13,642 nucleotides of DNA, taken from NCBI GenBank assembly GCA_964388265.1, contig CAYLXZ010000017.1:1-13642 (forward strand), given 5' to 3'. This DNA comes from Candidatus Micrarchaeota archaeon (lineage in GTDB: Archaea; B1Sed10-29). Positions within the stretch are counted from its first letter, which is position 1; every line of letters begins with the position of its first letter. Shown one piece after another: positions 1 to 7,961 of the stretch. The translations under genes were made by a program, and so were the position numbers. The notes under the pieces are model-generated. The model did not search any database, was not told where the DNA came from, and saw only the letters and a list, made by a program, of their open reading frames with translations.

Positions 1-139
1 TGTGTTTGTCGTCTTCATGAGGTCTGTGGATATTCACTTTGCCTGTTTCTTTGTCTAGGGTTGCTTTTCTTTCTTCTACTTCATTCTTCTCTTTCTCTAT
101 GTTTTTTTCAACTTCTTTCTGGGTTTGTTTTTGTACCAT
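1..139 (-). CDS. Hypothetical protein, 5' part only (runs off left edge): MVQKQTQKEVEKNIEKEKNEVEERKATLDKETGKVNIHRPHEDDKH...
   Basis: Read by hand, not in the ORF track. ATG at 139-137, SD AGGTGA at 150-145, frame open to the window edge, A/C-ending codons like neighbouring genes. Confidence 0.75.
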   Translation of the reverse strand, partial: MVQKQTQKEVEKNIEKEKNEVEERKATLDKETGKVNIHRPHEDDKH

Positions 140-170
140 CTCTTTCACCTAAGCTCTAACTAATGGAGAA

Positions 171-227
171 CTCTTAGTAGTAAGAGACATTTACCTTATA
201 AAAAATTATGCCAAGGGAGAAATTTCT
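171..227 (-). promoter_or_regulatory. Putative TATA promoter for the left-edge gene, flanked by two palindromes
   Basis: TTTTTTATAA on the minus strand at 205-196, about 57 nt upstream of the ATG. CTCTTA-N4-TAAGAG at 171-186. Perfect palindrome AGAAATTTCT at 218-227. Confidence 0.45.
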
Positions 228-234
228 AATCTTT

Positions 235-1617
235 TCATTCCTGTCCCTGGGCGTATTCCACTAGAGAAGTTAATGCGTCCACTGCTCTGTGCGGAGTGTT
301 GAATACGGGTACTCCTCCGTTCTCAAGTTCCCTCTTCATTTTCTGCACTAGTTCTCCCCCTGCTGTGCATACTATTATGGGTTTATCCGACTCTTTATTG
401 AAGTCTAGAACCGGTTCTATTGCTTTTTCATTCATTGGAACGGTCTGGAATAGCTGGATGCATAGAACCGCATCTATAGTTTCCTCTTCTCTAACTATTT
501 CCAGCGCTTTCCTGTAGCTATCGGGATCCGCATCTCCCATTAAGTCAAGTGGGTTATTGGGCTCCCCGTAGTCAGGGATCACTTTGTCTAGTTTTTCTCT
601 GAGTCCCGGTGTTAGTTCCATGAGTTCAAGACCTTGGTTTATTACTTCGTCCGTTGATAGCACTCCGAATCCTCCGCCGTTCGTTATGACTAGGACTTTC
701 TTTCCATCTGGTAAAGGTTGTTTTTCGAATGCTTCGGCGTAGTCCAGCAAATCCATCATGTTCCTCGCCTCTACTATGTTCGTCTGTTTGAATGCCGCGC
801 TGTATACTTCTGCTGACCCTGCTAGGCTCCCGGTGTGGCTGGATACTGCTTTAGATCCTTCATTGGTTTTACCTGCCTTTAGAATCACTACTGGTGTATC
901 AGAAGTCACTTTTTCCGCTGCTTTCATTAAGTCTTGTCCGTCTTCGGTTCCCTCTAGGTATATCGCGATTACTTCGGTCTCTGGATCCTGTCCTAGGAAT
1001 CTCATGAGGTCTCTTTCATCTAGGTCGACTCCGTTTCCGTAGGATATGAATCGACTCATTCCATAGTTTTCTGCGGACGCCCAGTCCACTATCACTGATC
1101 CAACTGCTCCTGATTGGCTGATTATCCCTACCTTTCCTTTCTTCGGTACTCCTAGTTTTTCAGGAGGTAAGAACAGGGTGTCTAGGCCTGTGATGTTGTC
1201 GAGTATCCCTAGGCAGTTTGGGCCTATTACTCTTATGTCTGTTTCTCTGGCTTTTTCCTTTACTTTGTTTTCTAGTTGGTTTTTTCCTATTTCTGAGAAT
1301 CCGCTGGTGATTATTATGGCTCCTTTGGCTCCTGCTTCTCCGGATTCCTGTATTACTTTTGGAACTATCTTGGCTGGAACCGTGACCACGGTTAAGTCAA
1401 CTTGGCTAGGTATGTCTTTAACTGAATCATAGGCTTTTTCCCCATTTACCTCATCTGCATGGGGGTTAACTGGATATACATCCGTCTCCGCGGATTCTTT
1501 GAGTGTTTTGTAGACTGAGTTCCCTATTTTTCCTTTTTCTCGGCTTGCTCCTATTACTGCTATTCCTTCTGGGTCGAATATTGGCTCCAGGTCTCTGTAT
1601 GTGTCTTTTTCAGTCAT
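235..1617 (-). CDS. acdA: ADP-forming acetate/acyl-CoA ligase (ACD), alpha subunit
   Basis: CoA-binding N-terminus (IAVIGAS, YPVNP, RVIGPNCLG), SQSGA, phospho-His motif SSHTGSLAG, ITNGGGFG and NPLDL motifs. 460 aa fits a stand-alone alpha subunit. Confidence 0.95.
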   Translation of the reverse strand: MTEKDTYRDLEPIFDPEGIAVIGASREKGKIGNSVYKTLKESAETDVYPVNPHADEVNGEKAYDSVKDIPSQVDLTVVTVPAKIVPKVIQESGEAGAKGAIIITSGFSEIGKNQLENKVKEKARETDIRVIGPNCLGILDNITGLDTLFLPPEKLGVPKKGKVGIISQSGAVGSVIVDWASAENYGMSRFISYGNGVDLDERDLMRFLGQDPETEVIAIYLEGTEDGQDLMKAAEKVTSDTPVVILKAGKTNEGSKAVSSHTGSLAGSAEVYSAAFKQTNIVEARNMMDLLDYAEAFEKQPLPDGKKVLVITNGGGFGVLSTDEVINQGLELMELTPGLREKLDKVIPDYGEPNNPLDLMGDADPDSYRKALEIVREEETIDAVLCIQLFQTVPMNEKAIEPVLDFNKESDKPIIVCTAGGELVQKMKRELENGGVPVFNTPHRAVDALTSLVEYAQGQE

Positions 1618-2263
1618 CTTGCTCCTCCTTTAGTATTCTTAGGTCGACTGCGTAGGCGTTTTTGGGGTTGACTATGGTTGGATTTAGGTCCATTTCACGT
1701 ATATCTGGGTTTTCTTTCATTAACTTGCTTACTTGGTGTAGGGTGTTGGTGAGTTCTTTGATTGCAACCGGTTCTTCTCCTCTCACTCCGGTTAGTAGAG
1801 GATATGCTTTTATTTCTTTCATCATTTTTCGAGCTTCTTCCTTGTCTATTGGAGCTACTCGTAGGGATGTGTCTTCGAATATCTCCACGAATATTCCGCC
1901 AAGTCCGAATAGTACTACTGGTCCGAACTGTGGGTCTCTTTTTCCTCCGATTATCACTTCTTTGCCTTTTAATTGTTTCTGTATTACTGCTCCGTGGAAC
2001 TCGGCGTCTTCGGATTCAGCTTGTTTCTTCATCTGGTTAAAGGCTTTCTTCACTTCCTTCTCAGTATCTAGGTTGGTTTTTACGTATCCTCTGTCGCTTT
2101 TGTGTATCACGTCAGGTGAATCTACCTTCATCACGACAGGTAGACCTATCTCTCTGGCTTTATTAACTGCTTGTTCCGCTTTATCCACGTGGCTGGATTT
2201 AACTGTGTTTACACCGTAGGATTCAAGCAGCTCCTCGGCTTCCTTGTACTTCATCTTCTTCAT
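1610..2263 (-). CDS. acdB: ADP-forming acetate/acyl-CoA ligase (ACD), beta subunit (ATP-grasp)
   Basis: PVVMKVDSPDVIHKSD, RDPQFGPVVLFGLGGIFVEIFED, EMDLNP and AVDLRI motifs. Overlaps acdA by 8 nt (ATGACTGA). The start could alternatively be the ATG at 2254. Confidence 0.93.
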   Translation of the reverse strand: MKKMKYKEAEELLESYGVNTVKSSHVDKAEQAVNKAREIGLPVVMKVDSPDVIHKSDRGYVKTNLDTEKEVKKAFNQMKKQAESEDAEFHGAVIQKQLKGKEVIIGGKRDPQFGPVVLFGLGGIFVEIFEDTSLRVAPIDKEEARKMMKEIKAYPLLTGVRGEEPVAIKELTNTLHQVSKLMKENPDIREMDLNPTIVNPKNAYAVDLRILKEEQDD

Positions 2264-2340
2264 TGTATCTATCTAAATACAGGGACTTCGATTATATAAA
2301 TGTGGAGACCTTTACATAAACAAGAGAAAAAGGTGATCTC
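2264..2340. promoter_or_regulatory. Divergent promoter region between acdBA and the beta-CASP/nmd3 genes
   Basis: 77-bp gap between divergent starts. TTATATAAA at 2292-2300 reads as a TATA box on both strands. SD AGGTGA at 2331-2336 for the + gene. Confidence 0.6.
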
Positions 2341-3621
2341 ATGGACTTAACTTTCCTAGGTGGAACACAGGAAGTTGGAAGATCAGCTGTACTAGTGGAG
2401 CAAGAGAAGAAGAGAACTCTTCTGGACTACGGGATAAGAGTAGATAAGAAACCAGGACTACCACTACCAGTTCAAGGTTTCCTAGATGAAGTTATAATCA
2501 CTCACGCTCACCTAGATCACAGCGGAGCAGCTCCCTTACTTTATAAAGTAGGTGAACCAAAGACCTACGTGACTCCACCAACAGTTCCATTAATAAAACT
2601 ACTCGTGGAAGACTCAATCAAGATAAGGGAGATGGAGGACCTAGAGAAGATCTTCACAGAACAACACTTAAAGAGAATGCTCAGAAACACCGAGAAACTC
2701 GGATACTCACAAGAGAAGAAGATAGGTAAAGACATGAAGTTCAGGTTCGAGAACGCAGGACACATACTAGGAGCAGCCACAGTCAAGCTCGAAACCCCTA
2801 CAGCCAACATAGTATACACAGGAGACTTCAAAACAACTGAAACAGCCCTACATACACCAGCCTATGATCAATACCAAGACGTGGATGTACTGATAACCGA
2901 GTCAACCTACGGAGACGAAGAACACCCACCCAGAGAAGAAATAGAGCAACAGTTCTACGAGTCAGTTCAGGAAACCGTTGACAAAGGAGGAATAGCTTTA
3001 ATTCCAGCTTTCGCCGTGGGAAGAACCCAGGAAGTCATCACAGTGCTCCAAGAAAAAGGATTCGACGGAAAAATATGGATGGATGGAATGTCAACAGACG
3101 CTGCAGACATCATGCTCAACTACCCAGAATACATCAACAAGTTCGATGAATTCTACGAAGGAATGAAAAGAGCAGAATGGATAAGACACCATGGAATGAG
3201 GAAAAAAGCAATGGAGGAACCAGGAGCAATCGTAACCACCGCGGGGATGCTCGGAGGAGGACCCATCATACACTACTTAACTCACCTGAAGAATATTCCA
3301 GGAGAACACGGAATATACTTAACCGGGTACCAGCCAGAGAACACACCAGGAAAGAAACTACTGGAGACCGGTAGATTCCAGCACGAAGACTACGACCTGG
3401 ACTTCAGCAACTATGATATAGAGTTCTACGACTTCAGCGCACATGGAGACAAACACAAACTACGTGAATTCGCAGAGAAGATGAATCCAGATGTAACATT
3501 CGTAATGCACGGAGATGAAGAGAACGCCGGAGCCCTATCCGAATGGATAAAAAACAATATGGATACAAAGGTATTCGTACCTGAGTTAAACGATGAATAC
3601 ACGATAGATAACTACCTGTAG
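2341..3621 (+). CDS. MBL-fold beta-CASP ribonuclease without KH domains (aCPSF2/aCPSF1b-like, not full-length FttA/aCPSF1)
   Basis: LLDYG, THAHLDH, AGHILG, YTGD, ESTYG, PAFAVGRTQE, FSAHGD and VMHGD motifs. 426 aa, starting directly at the MBL domain. Confidence 0.92.
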   Translation: MDLTFLGGTQEVGRSAVLVEQEKKRTLLDYGIRVDKKPGLPLPVQGFLDEVIITHAHLDHSGAAPLLYKVGEPKTYVTPPTVPLIKLLVEDSIKIREMEDLEKIFTEQHLKRMLRNTEKLGYSQEKKIGKDMKFRFENAGHILGAATVKLETPTANIVYTGDFKTTETALHTPAYDQYQDVDVLITESTYGDEEHPPREEIEQQFYESVQETVDKGGIALIPAFAVGRTQEVITVLQEKGFDGKIWMDGMSTDAADIMLNYPEYINKFDEFYEGMKRAEWIRHHGMRKKAMEEPGAIVTTAGMLGGGPIIHYLTHLKNIPGEHGIYLTGYQPENTPGKKLLETGRFQHEDYDLDFSNYDIEFYDFSAHGDKHKLREFAEKMNPDVTFVMHGDEENAGALSEWIKNNMDTKVFVPELNDEYTIDNYL

Positions 3622-3629
3622 GGATCGAT

Positions 3630-4328
3630 ATGCCTGGAAAATTCTGCCCAAAATGCGGAAAAGAAGACGTGGACTTCTACAAAGGACTCTGCTTCGAATG
3701 CTACCAAGAAGAACACGAATTCATAGAAGTCCCCAAAGAAATAGAGGTAACCCGTTGCAGTGAATGCGGTTACTGGAGATACAAAGGAGACTGGAAGAAA
3801 CCAAAGCCAAGGCTACTGGAAAAAATAGTTAAAGACAAAGTAGATGTAGATCTAGAGCACGTTGACTACAAGGTAAAGAACCTAGAAGATAAAATAAAAC
3901 TCGAAGTAAAAGGAGATATTGACAGAGAAGGATTAATGAATGTTGACAAAGAATACAAGATAAACCTGGAGTTCAACGACCAGCCATGTCCCGTTTGCCT
4001 GAAGAGAAAGAACGAGGACTTCGATGTCAAGATACAGCTAAGGAAAAACGAAGAAAACCATGATGAAGACAAATACAACCAAATCCATTCCTATATAGAT
4101 AGAATGTCTTCACAGGAAATGGATAGAGATAATAGAGCTCTTTCTTTCTGGAAATCAAAGAAGAAAGTAGGTATGAACTTTTACTACGGATACAGAGAAG
4201 TGGGAAAGAGAATACTGGATAAAGTGAACAGTAAATTCAACCCAAGCGTTAAAGAAAGCACTACAAGAGCAGGTTATGATAGAGAAGGAAAGAAGAAAGT
4301 CAGATACACGTACTGTATCCGTGTCTAG
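3630..4328 (+). CDS. nmd3: Nmd3 family protein, short form
   Basis: Four CxxC pairs (FCPKCG, LCFECY, RCSECG, CPVC), a KIQLR motif and a terminal GYDREGKKKVRYTYCIRV segment that matches the end of the NMD3 core. Confidence 0.88.
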   Translation: MPGKFCPKCGKEDVDFYKGLCFECYQEEHEFIEVPKEIEVTRCSECGYWRYKGDWKKPKPRLLEKIVKDKVDVDLEHVDYKVKNLEDKIKLEVKGDIDREGLMNVDKEYKINLEFNDQPCPVCLKRKNEDFDVKIQLRKNEENHDEDKYNQIHSYIDRMSSQEMDRDNRALSFWKSKKKVGMNFYYGYREVGKRILDKVNSKFNPSVKESTTRAGYDREGKKKVRYTYCIRV

Positions 4329-4354
4329 AGATTTAGATTAACTGATTCCAGATA

Positions 4355-4396
4355 AGAAAAGATTTTATTCCACTGGGAACAAATAACTCTGAGGTG
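4355..4396 (+). promoter_or_regulatory. Putative BRE/TATA promoter and SD for the 90-aa ORF
   Basis: AGAAAA (4355-4360), TTTTAT (4363-4368) and GAGGTG (4391-4396) ahead of ATG 4402. Confidence 0.45.
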
Positions 4397-4401
4397 TTAA
4401 C

Positions 4402-4674
4402 ATGCAAACCGTTAGCCAGGTCCCACATTTCTGGGAAGATAAAGAAGGAAACAGCCATAGAAACATGCTGCAGATAGAAGTAGAGAACCCTAAGATGGAA
4501 GGTAACTTCCCACAGGATGGAAAAGTGATGCTGAGACTGCAGGATGAAGATTCTCAGAAAGCGTTCAAGTTAGACCCAAAGGAAGCTTTAACTGTAGGAG
4601 AAGAACTCAAGGAAGTGTCTAAAGAGCTTCTGGAGAAGAAAAGAAACCTTTGGAAAAATAAAGGAAAGAGCTAG
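4402..4674 (+). CDS. Hypothetical protein, 90 aa (predicted beta-strands followed by one amphipathic helix)
   Basis: Strong SD GAGGTG, fills the gap between genes, protein-like composition. No family recognised with confidence. Confidence 0.8.
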   Translation: MQTVSQVPHFWEDKEGNSHRNMLQIEVENPKMEGNFPQDGKVMLRLQDEDSQKAFKLDPKEALTVGEELKEVSKELLEKKRNLWKNKGKS

Positions 4675-4693
4675 TTAATCAAGTAGCTCTTTC
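4664..4693. terminator. Candidate bidirectional hairpin/terminator across convergent stop codons
   Basis: Perfect 10-bp inverted repeat GAAAGAGCTA (4664-4673) / TAGCTCTTTC (4684-4693) with a 10-nt spacer. T-rich tracts follow on both strands. Confidence 0.5.
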
Positions 4694-4863
4694 TGGATTT
4701 CTTTATATATTTCCAGGACTTCTTCTGGATCTTCATCGTATTTCAAGGCCATTTCTGTTAGTTTAACTGATGTAGGGTTGAGTGCTTTGTAGATTAACTC
4801 CACTAGCTCTTGATCAACCTCGTGTTCTAGGTTAACGTTGAATTCGCCGTTAATCTTATTCAC
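4675..4863 (-). CDS. Hypothetical acidic protein, 62 aa
   Basis: Overlaps the upstream gene by 8 nt (ATGAATAA) with GGGGGTG just before it. Its stop abuts the stop of the convergent gene. Confidence 0.7.
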   Translation of the reverse strand: MNKINGEFNVNLEHEVDQELVELIYKALNPTSVKLTEMALKYDEDPEEVLEIYKEIQKELLD

Positions 4864-5308
4864 CCCCTGTAGATTCTTCTACTTTCACGGATATTCTCTT
4901 TGACACGTTTTCCTGTGGCGTAATCGCTTTTACCTCTATAGCGTAGGTGCTTCCTTCTCTAAGTCCTGTGAAGCTTACTGGGAACTGGAACTGTCTTAGT
5001 TGTCCTTTTCCTATTTGTTCTTCGTGTTCGGTATCTTTTTCCGGAAGTTTGATTTCTTCCTCTGTGTTATGGATTGGTTTAACCTGTATATCTAGGGTTT
5101 CTATGTCTCTTCCTAGAGTGTTTTGATATTCTACTACTAGGGTTCCCGAGTCGTTTGTTTGAATGGTGTTTCCTCCTTTGAAGTATAAGTTAAGGGTTGT
5201 TGGTTGTAGTGTTGGGTTTATGGCTAGGAATAGTATTGCTATTGCTGCTGCTATTGCTACTATGAATAGACAGGTTTTCTTTTTTGGGCATATTCTGGGT
5301 TTTTTCAT
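4856..5308 (-). CDS. N-terminally membrane-anchored protein with a probable Ig-like beta-sandwich domain
   Basis: Basic N-terminus and hydrophobic stretch (LFIVAIAAAIAILFLAI), then alternating beta-strand patterns. ATG directly follows the DUF357 stop, with SD GAGGTG inside the DUF357 3' end. Confidence 0.8.
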   Translation of the reverse strand: MKKPRICPKKKTCLFIVAIAAAIAILFLAINPTLQPTTLNLYFKGGNTIQTNDSGTLVVEYQNTLGRDIETLDIQVKPIHNTEEEIKLPEKDTEHEEQIGKGQLRQFQFPVSFTGLREGSTYAIEVKAITPQENVSKRISVKVEESTGGE

Positions 5309-5569
5309 TTATTCCACCTCTTTTTTCAGTTGGTAGTCCGGTATCTTTATGTGTCCGAGGAGCACTCCGGAGTCTAGGAATCCATGAGCGTATGATACGG
5401 CTTCGAGTGCTGTTTCGGGTTCTTTTTCTTTGTAGTACTCCGCGTCTTTGTAGTAGTCTCTTGCGAATTTTATTAGTTTTTCTCCTTTTTTATTTTTTAC
5501 TTCTGCATTATCTAGGGATTCTTGGGTTATATTCATGCAGGTTTTGAGTTTTTCTTGAAGTTCATTCAT
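5309..5569 (-). CDS. DUF357 domain protein
   Basis: Signature ARDYYKDAEYY...ALEAVSYAHGFLDSGVLLG, 86 aa. Overlaps dph5 by 8 nt. Confidence 0.9.
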   Translation of the reverse strand: MNELQEKLKTCMNITQESLDNAEVKNKKGEKLIKFARDYYKDAEYYKEKEPETALEAVSYAHGFLDSGVLLGHIKIPDYQLKKEVE

Positions 5570-6341
5570 CTGGTTTCTCCTCTATCTGGAACTGTTCTAG
5601 GTATTTTTCTTCTCTTTCATGTAGTTTTCCTGGTACGATGATGCTGTGTAGGGGTTTTCCGTAGTTTTCTTCCAGCATGTTCTTTACTTTACCGTACCTT
5701 ATCTCTTGGTTTGGTGACCCTATTCTTGATACGGTTACTATTGGTGTTTCCTGTGTGAATACGTTTTCTTTTTTCTCTTTTTCTATTTCTAGTAGGTTCC
5801 TCATTGCTTCTTTGGGTTCTAGGTATCTTTCTTGTTTTTTGTTGATGTCTAGGAGCAGTAGTGTGTGTAGTTTTCTTTCTTTGTTTTGTTTTATTGCTTT
5901 GTAGAAGCTTTTGGGTTTGTAGTTTTCTTTCCAGAATGTTACTGTTGCTGTTTTTCCGAATTTGTATGATTGTAGTCCTGTTTCGGATACTGCGGTTTGG
6001 ATGCTGGCGTTATGTATTACCTGGGTTTTTATGTTGTTTTCTTTTGCTCTGATAAGGAGGTCGGTGTGTGTTGTTGCTATCATTGGGTCTCCTGGGATGA
6101 GTAGTGCTACGTTGTTGGATTTTGCGTAGTTTATTATCTTCCCGGTTTCGAGGAAGTCTCTGTCTGCGTACTGTATCTTCTTGCCTATGTGTTCTTCGAG
6201 GTCTTTCTTTGTGGCTCCTGGGAGCTTGCTTGTGTAGTTCTCTAGGTACAGTACGTCGGCTTCTTGGGCTTTTTCAAGGCCTCTTTGGGTTATGTCTTTT
6301 TCGTCCCATAGTCCTAGGCCGATGAGGGTTAGTCTATTCAT
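5562..6341 (-). CDS. dph5: Diphthine synthase
   Basis: LIGLGLWD, LENYTS, GDPMIATTH, IHNASI, GLQSYKFGKTATV, LHTLLLLD and PLHSIIVPGKLH motifs. I prefer the ATG at 6341 over the track's TTG at 6350. Confidence 0.96.
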   Translation of the reverse strand: MNRLTLIGLGLWDEKDITQRGLEKAQEADVLYLENYTSKLPGATKKDLEEHIGKKIQYADRDFLETGKIINYAKSNNVALLIPGDPMIATTHTDLLIRAKENNIKTQVIHNASIQTAVSETGLQSYKFGKTATVTFWKENYKPKSFYKAIKQNKERKLHTLLLLDINKKQERYLEPKEAMRNLLEIEKEKKENVFTQETPIVTVSRIGSPNQEIRYGKVKNMLEENYGKPLHSIIVPGKLHEREEKYLEQFQIEEKPDE

Positions 6342-6346
6342 TTTAA

Positions 6347-7423
6347 TCAATTTCTTGTTTTTAGTTCTTTTTTGAGGTTCTCTACGAATTCTTCATAATC
6401 TTTCTTTGAGATTGTTGCTCCTGCTGCTTGTGGGTGTCCTCCTCCGCTTGCGTTTATTCCTTTACATGCTGCTGGTATTGCTTTGCTGAGGTCGGGTTTT
6501 CCTCCTCTGAAGCTTATCATGTAGCTTTCTCCGTTCTCCATCCTTACGGCTATTGTGTATCCTGGGTATTTTAACCGTAGATGGCTTGCTATTATGTTTT
6601 TTATCCGTAGTTCGGTGTTTATTGGTAGTATAACTAGTTTTGCTTCTTCATCTACCTGTAGTTTTGGGTTGTTTTTTGTTTTGTTTATCTTCTGTTTCTC
6701 TGCTTTTTCTAGGATATCGTAGAGGTGCTGTGTTTCTCCGTATTTTTCTTCTTGGATTAGTATTGGGTTTTCTTGTTCTATGCTTTTCTTCACGTGCTTG
6801 AATACTTCTTTGGCTTTTGTTTTGTCGAAGTACGCTACTACGGTGACTCCTGCTACTTCTGCGAGACCCCAGTTAAGTCTTCCGCTTGGGAAGTAGAGTT
6901 CCTTTTCTTCTCCTGATAGATCTAGAGTTGGTATGCTTTGTTTTATCCTTGTGTCGGAGTGCGCTCCTATTAATGCCCATGGTTTGGTGTTTTTTTCTCC
7001 GTTCATTTTCTTGTAGAGTAGGTGGCATAGTACTGATGCTGCTGGTGGGGTTTCTTCTTGTGGGTTGATGTAGGTGCTGTTTTCTGGTTCTTCTATTCCT
7101 GGGTGGTGGTCTATTGTGAGTACTTTTTTGTCTCTTAATTCTTTATAGGTTTCTTGGTTTGGCGTGTAGTCTAGAAATATAACTGTATTGGAGTTTTTTT
7201 CTCGAACTTTCTTCATTATTTTTTCTTTGGCTTCTTTCCCTCGTGCTAGTATGAACTGTGTTGATTGTTTTTTTATTTCTTTTTCATCGAGTAGCCTTGA
7301 GATTATTGCCGCGCTTATTACTCCATCTCCATCGCTGTGGCTTACTATCAATACTTTTGAATCTTTATCTAGGTTTTCTATGAATTTTTTTCCTTTCTTC
7401 ATCTTTTTATCTTGGTTTTTCAA
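6347..7423 (-). CDS. DHH/DHHA1 family phosphoesterase (RecJ/NrnA-like)
   Basis: HSDGDG, IFLD, IDHH, GAHSD, SFRG and GGGHPQAAG motifs. The TTG start at 7423 is supported by SD GAAGGTG at 7437-7431; alternative ATG at 7402. Confidence 0.9.
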   Translation of the reverse strand: MKNQDKKMKKGKKFIENLDKDSKVLIVSHSDGDGVISAAIISRLLDEKEIKKQSTQFILARGKEAKEKIMKKVREKNSNTVIFLDYTPNQETYKELRDKKVLTIDHHPGIEEPENSTYINPQEETPPAASVLCHLLYKKMNGEKNTKPWALIGAHSDTRIKQSIPTLDLSGEEKELYFPSGRLNWGLAEVAGVTVVAYFDKTKAKEVFKHVKKSIEQENPILIQEEKYGETQHLYDILEKAEKQKINKTKNNPKLQVDEEAKLVILPINTELRIKNIIASHLRLKYPGYTIAVRMENGESYMISFRGGKPDLSKAIPAACKGINASGGGHPQAAGATISKKDYEEFVENLKKELKTRN

Positions 7424-7430
7424 GGTAAGG

Positions 7431-7439
7431 CACCTTCAA
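7431..7439. repeat. 9-bp direct repeat, copy 1 (CACCTTCAA; TTGAAGGTG on minus)
   Basis: Identical to 8405-8413. Includes the SD of the DHH gene. Confidence 0.6.
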
Positions 7440-7442
7440 ACT

Positions 7443-7871
7443 TTATTTATGTTTCTTTTCTTCTTTCCATTCTTGGTCTATTGGAGGTATTTCTTCAAAG
7501 ATTTTCTCTAGTTTTTCTACCTCTTCCTCTATGTTCTCAATCTTTTCTTCTTTTCCTTCTACTTTATCTATCAGGTTGTCTACTTTTTCCTTGAGCTCTT
7601 TCTTGGATTCTTTAGGTAGTTTTAACCATTCTTCATAAGGTATGTTATAGATTTTGTCTCGTGCTCTTTTTTCGTATTTTTCCGCTTCTCTTTTTCTTCT
7701 TTCATCCAGAGAATCTCTCTGTTTTTTTAATCCTTCAGAAATTGACCTTAAAGCTCTTAAAATCTCTTTCCTTTCCTCTTCAGGAGCCATCTCTTCTCTT
7801 TTCCTCGCTTCTTTAAGTGTTTCTCTTTTGAGTTTCTTTAAATCTAGTTCTTTTTCTTTTTTCTTCTTCAT
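7443..7871 (-). CDS. Hypothetical K/E/R-rich coiled-coil protein, 142 aa
   Basis: SD AGGAG upstream of the ATG, heptad-like charged helical sequence, co-oriented with the operon, atypical T-ending codons. Confidence 0.7.
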   Translation of the reverse strand: MKKKKEKELDLKKLKRETLKEARKREEMAPEEERKEILRALRSISEGLKKQRDSLDERRKREAEKYEKRARDKIYNIPYEEWLKLPKESKKELKEKVDNLIDKVEGKEEKIENIEEEVEKLEKIFEEIPPIDQEWKEEKKHK

Positions 7872-7961
7872 CTTACCGTTTCTCCTTCATTCGATTCTTA
7901 CTATTCGTGCTTCAGGCTCTTTCCCCTTCTCTTTTCCTCAAACTCTTTTAGACTTTTTTCT

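Noticed and set aside
296..2219. Plus-strand ORFs antisense to acdA/acdB, and similar short antisense ORFs elsewhere
   Set aside because: They lie fully inside well-supported genes on the opposite strand and have no motifs or ribosome-binding sites.
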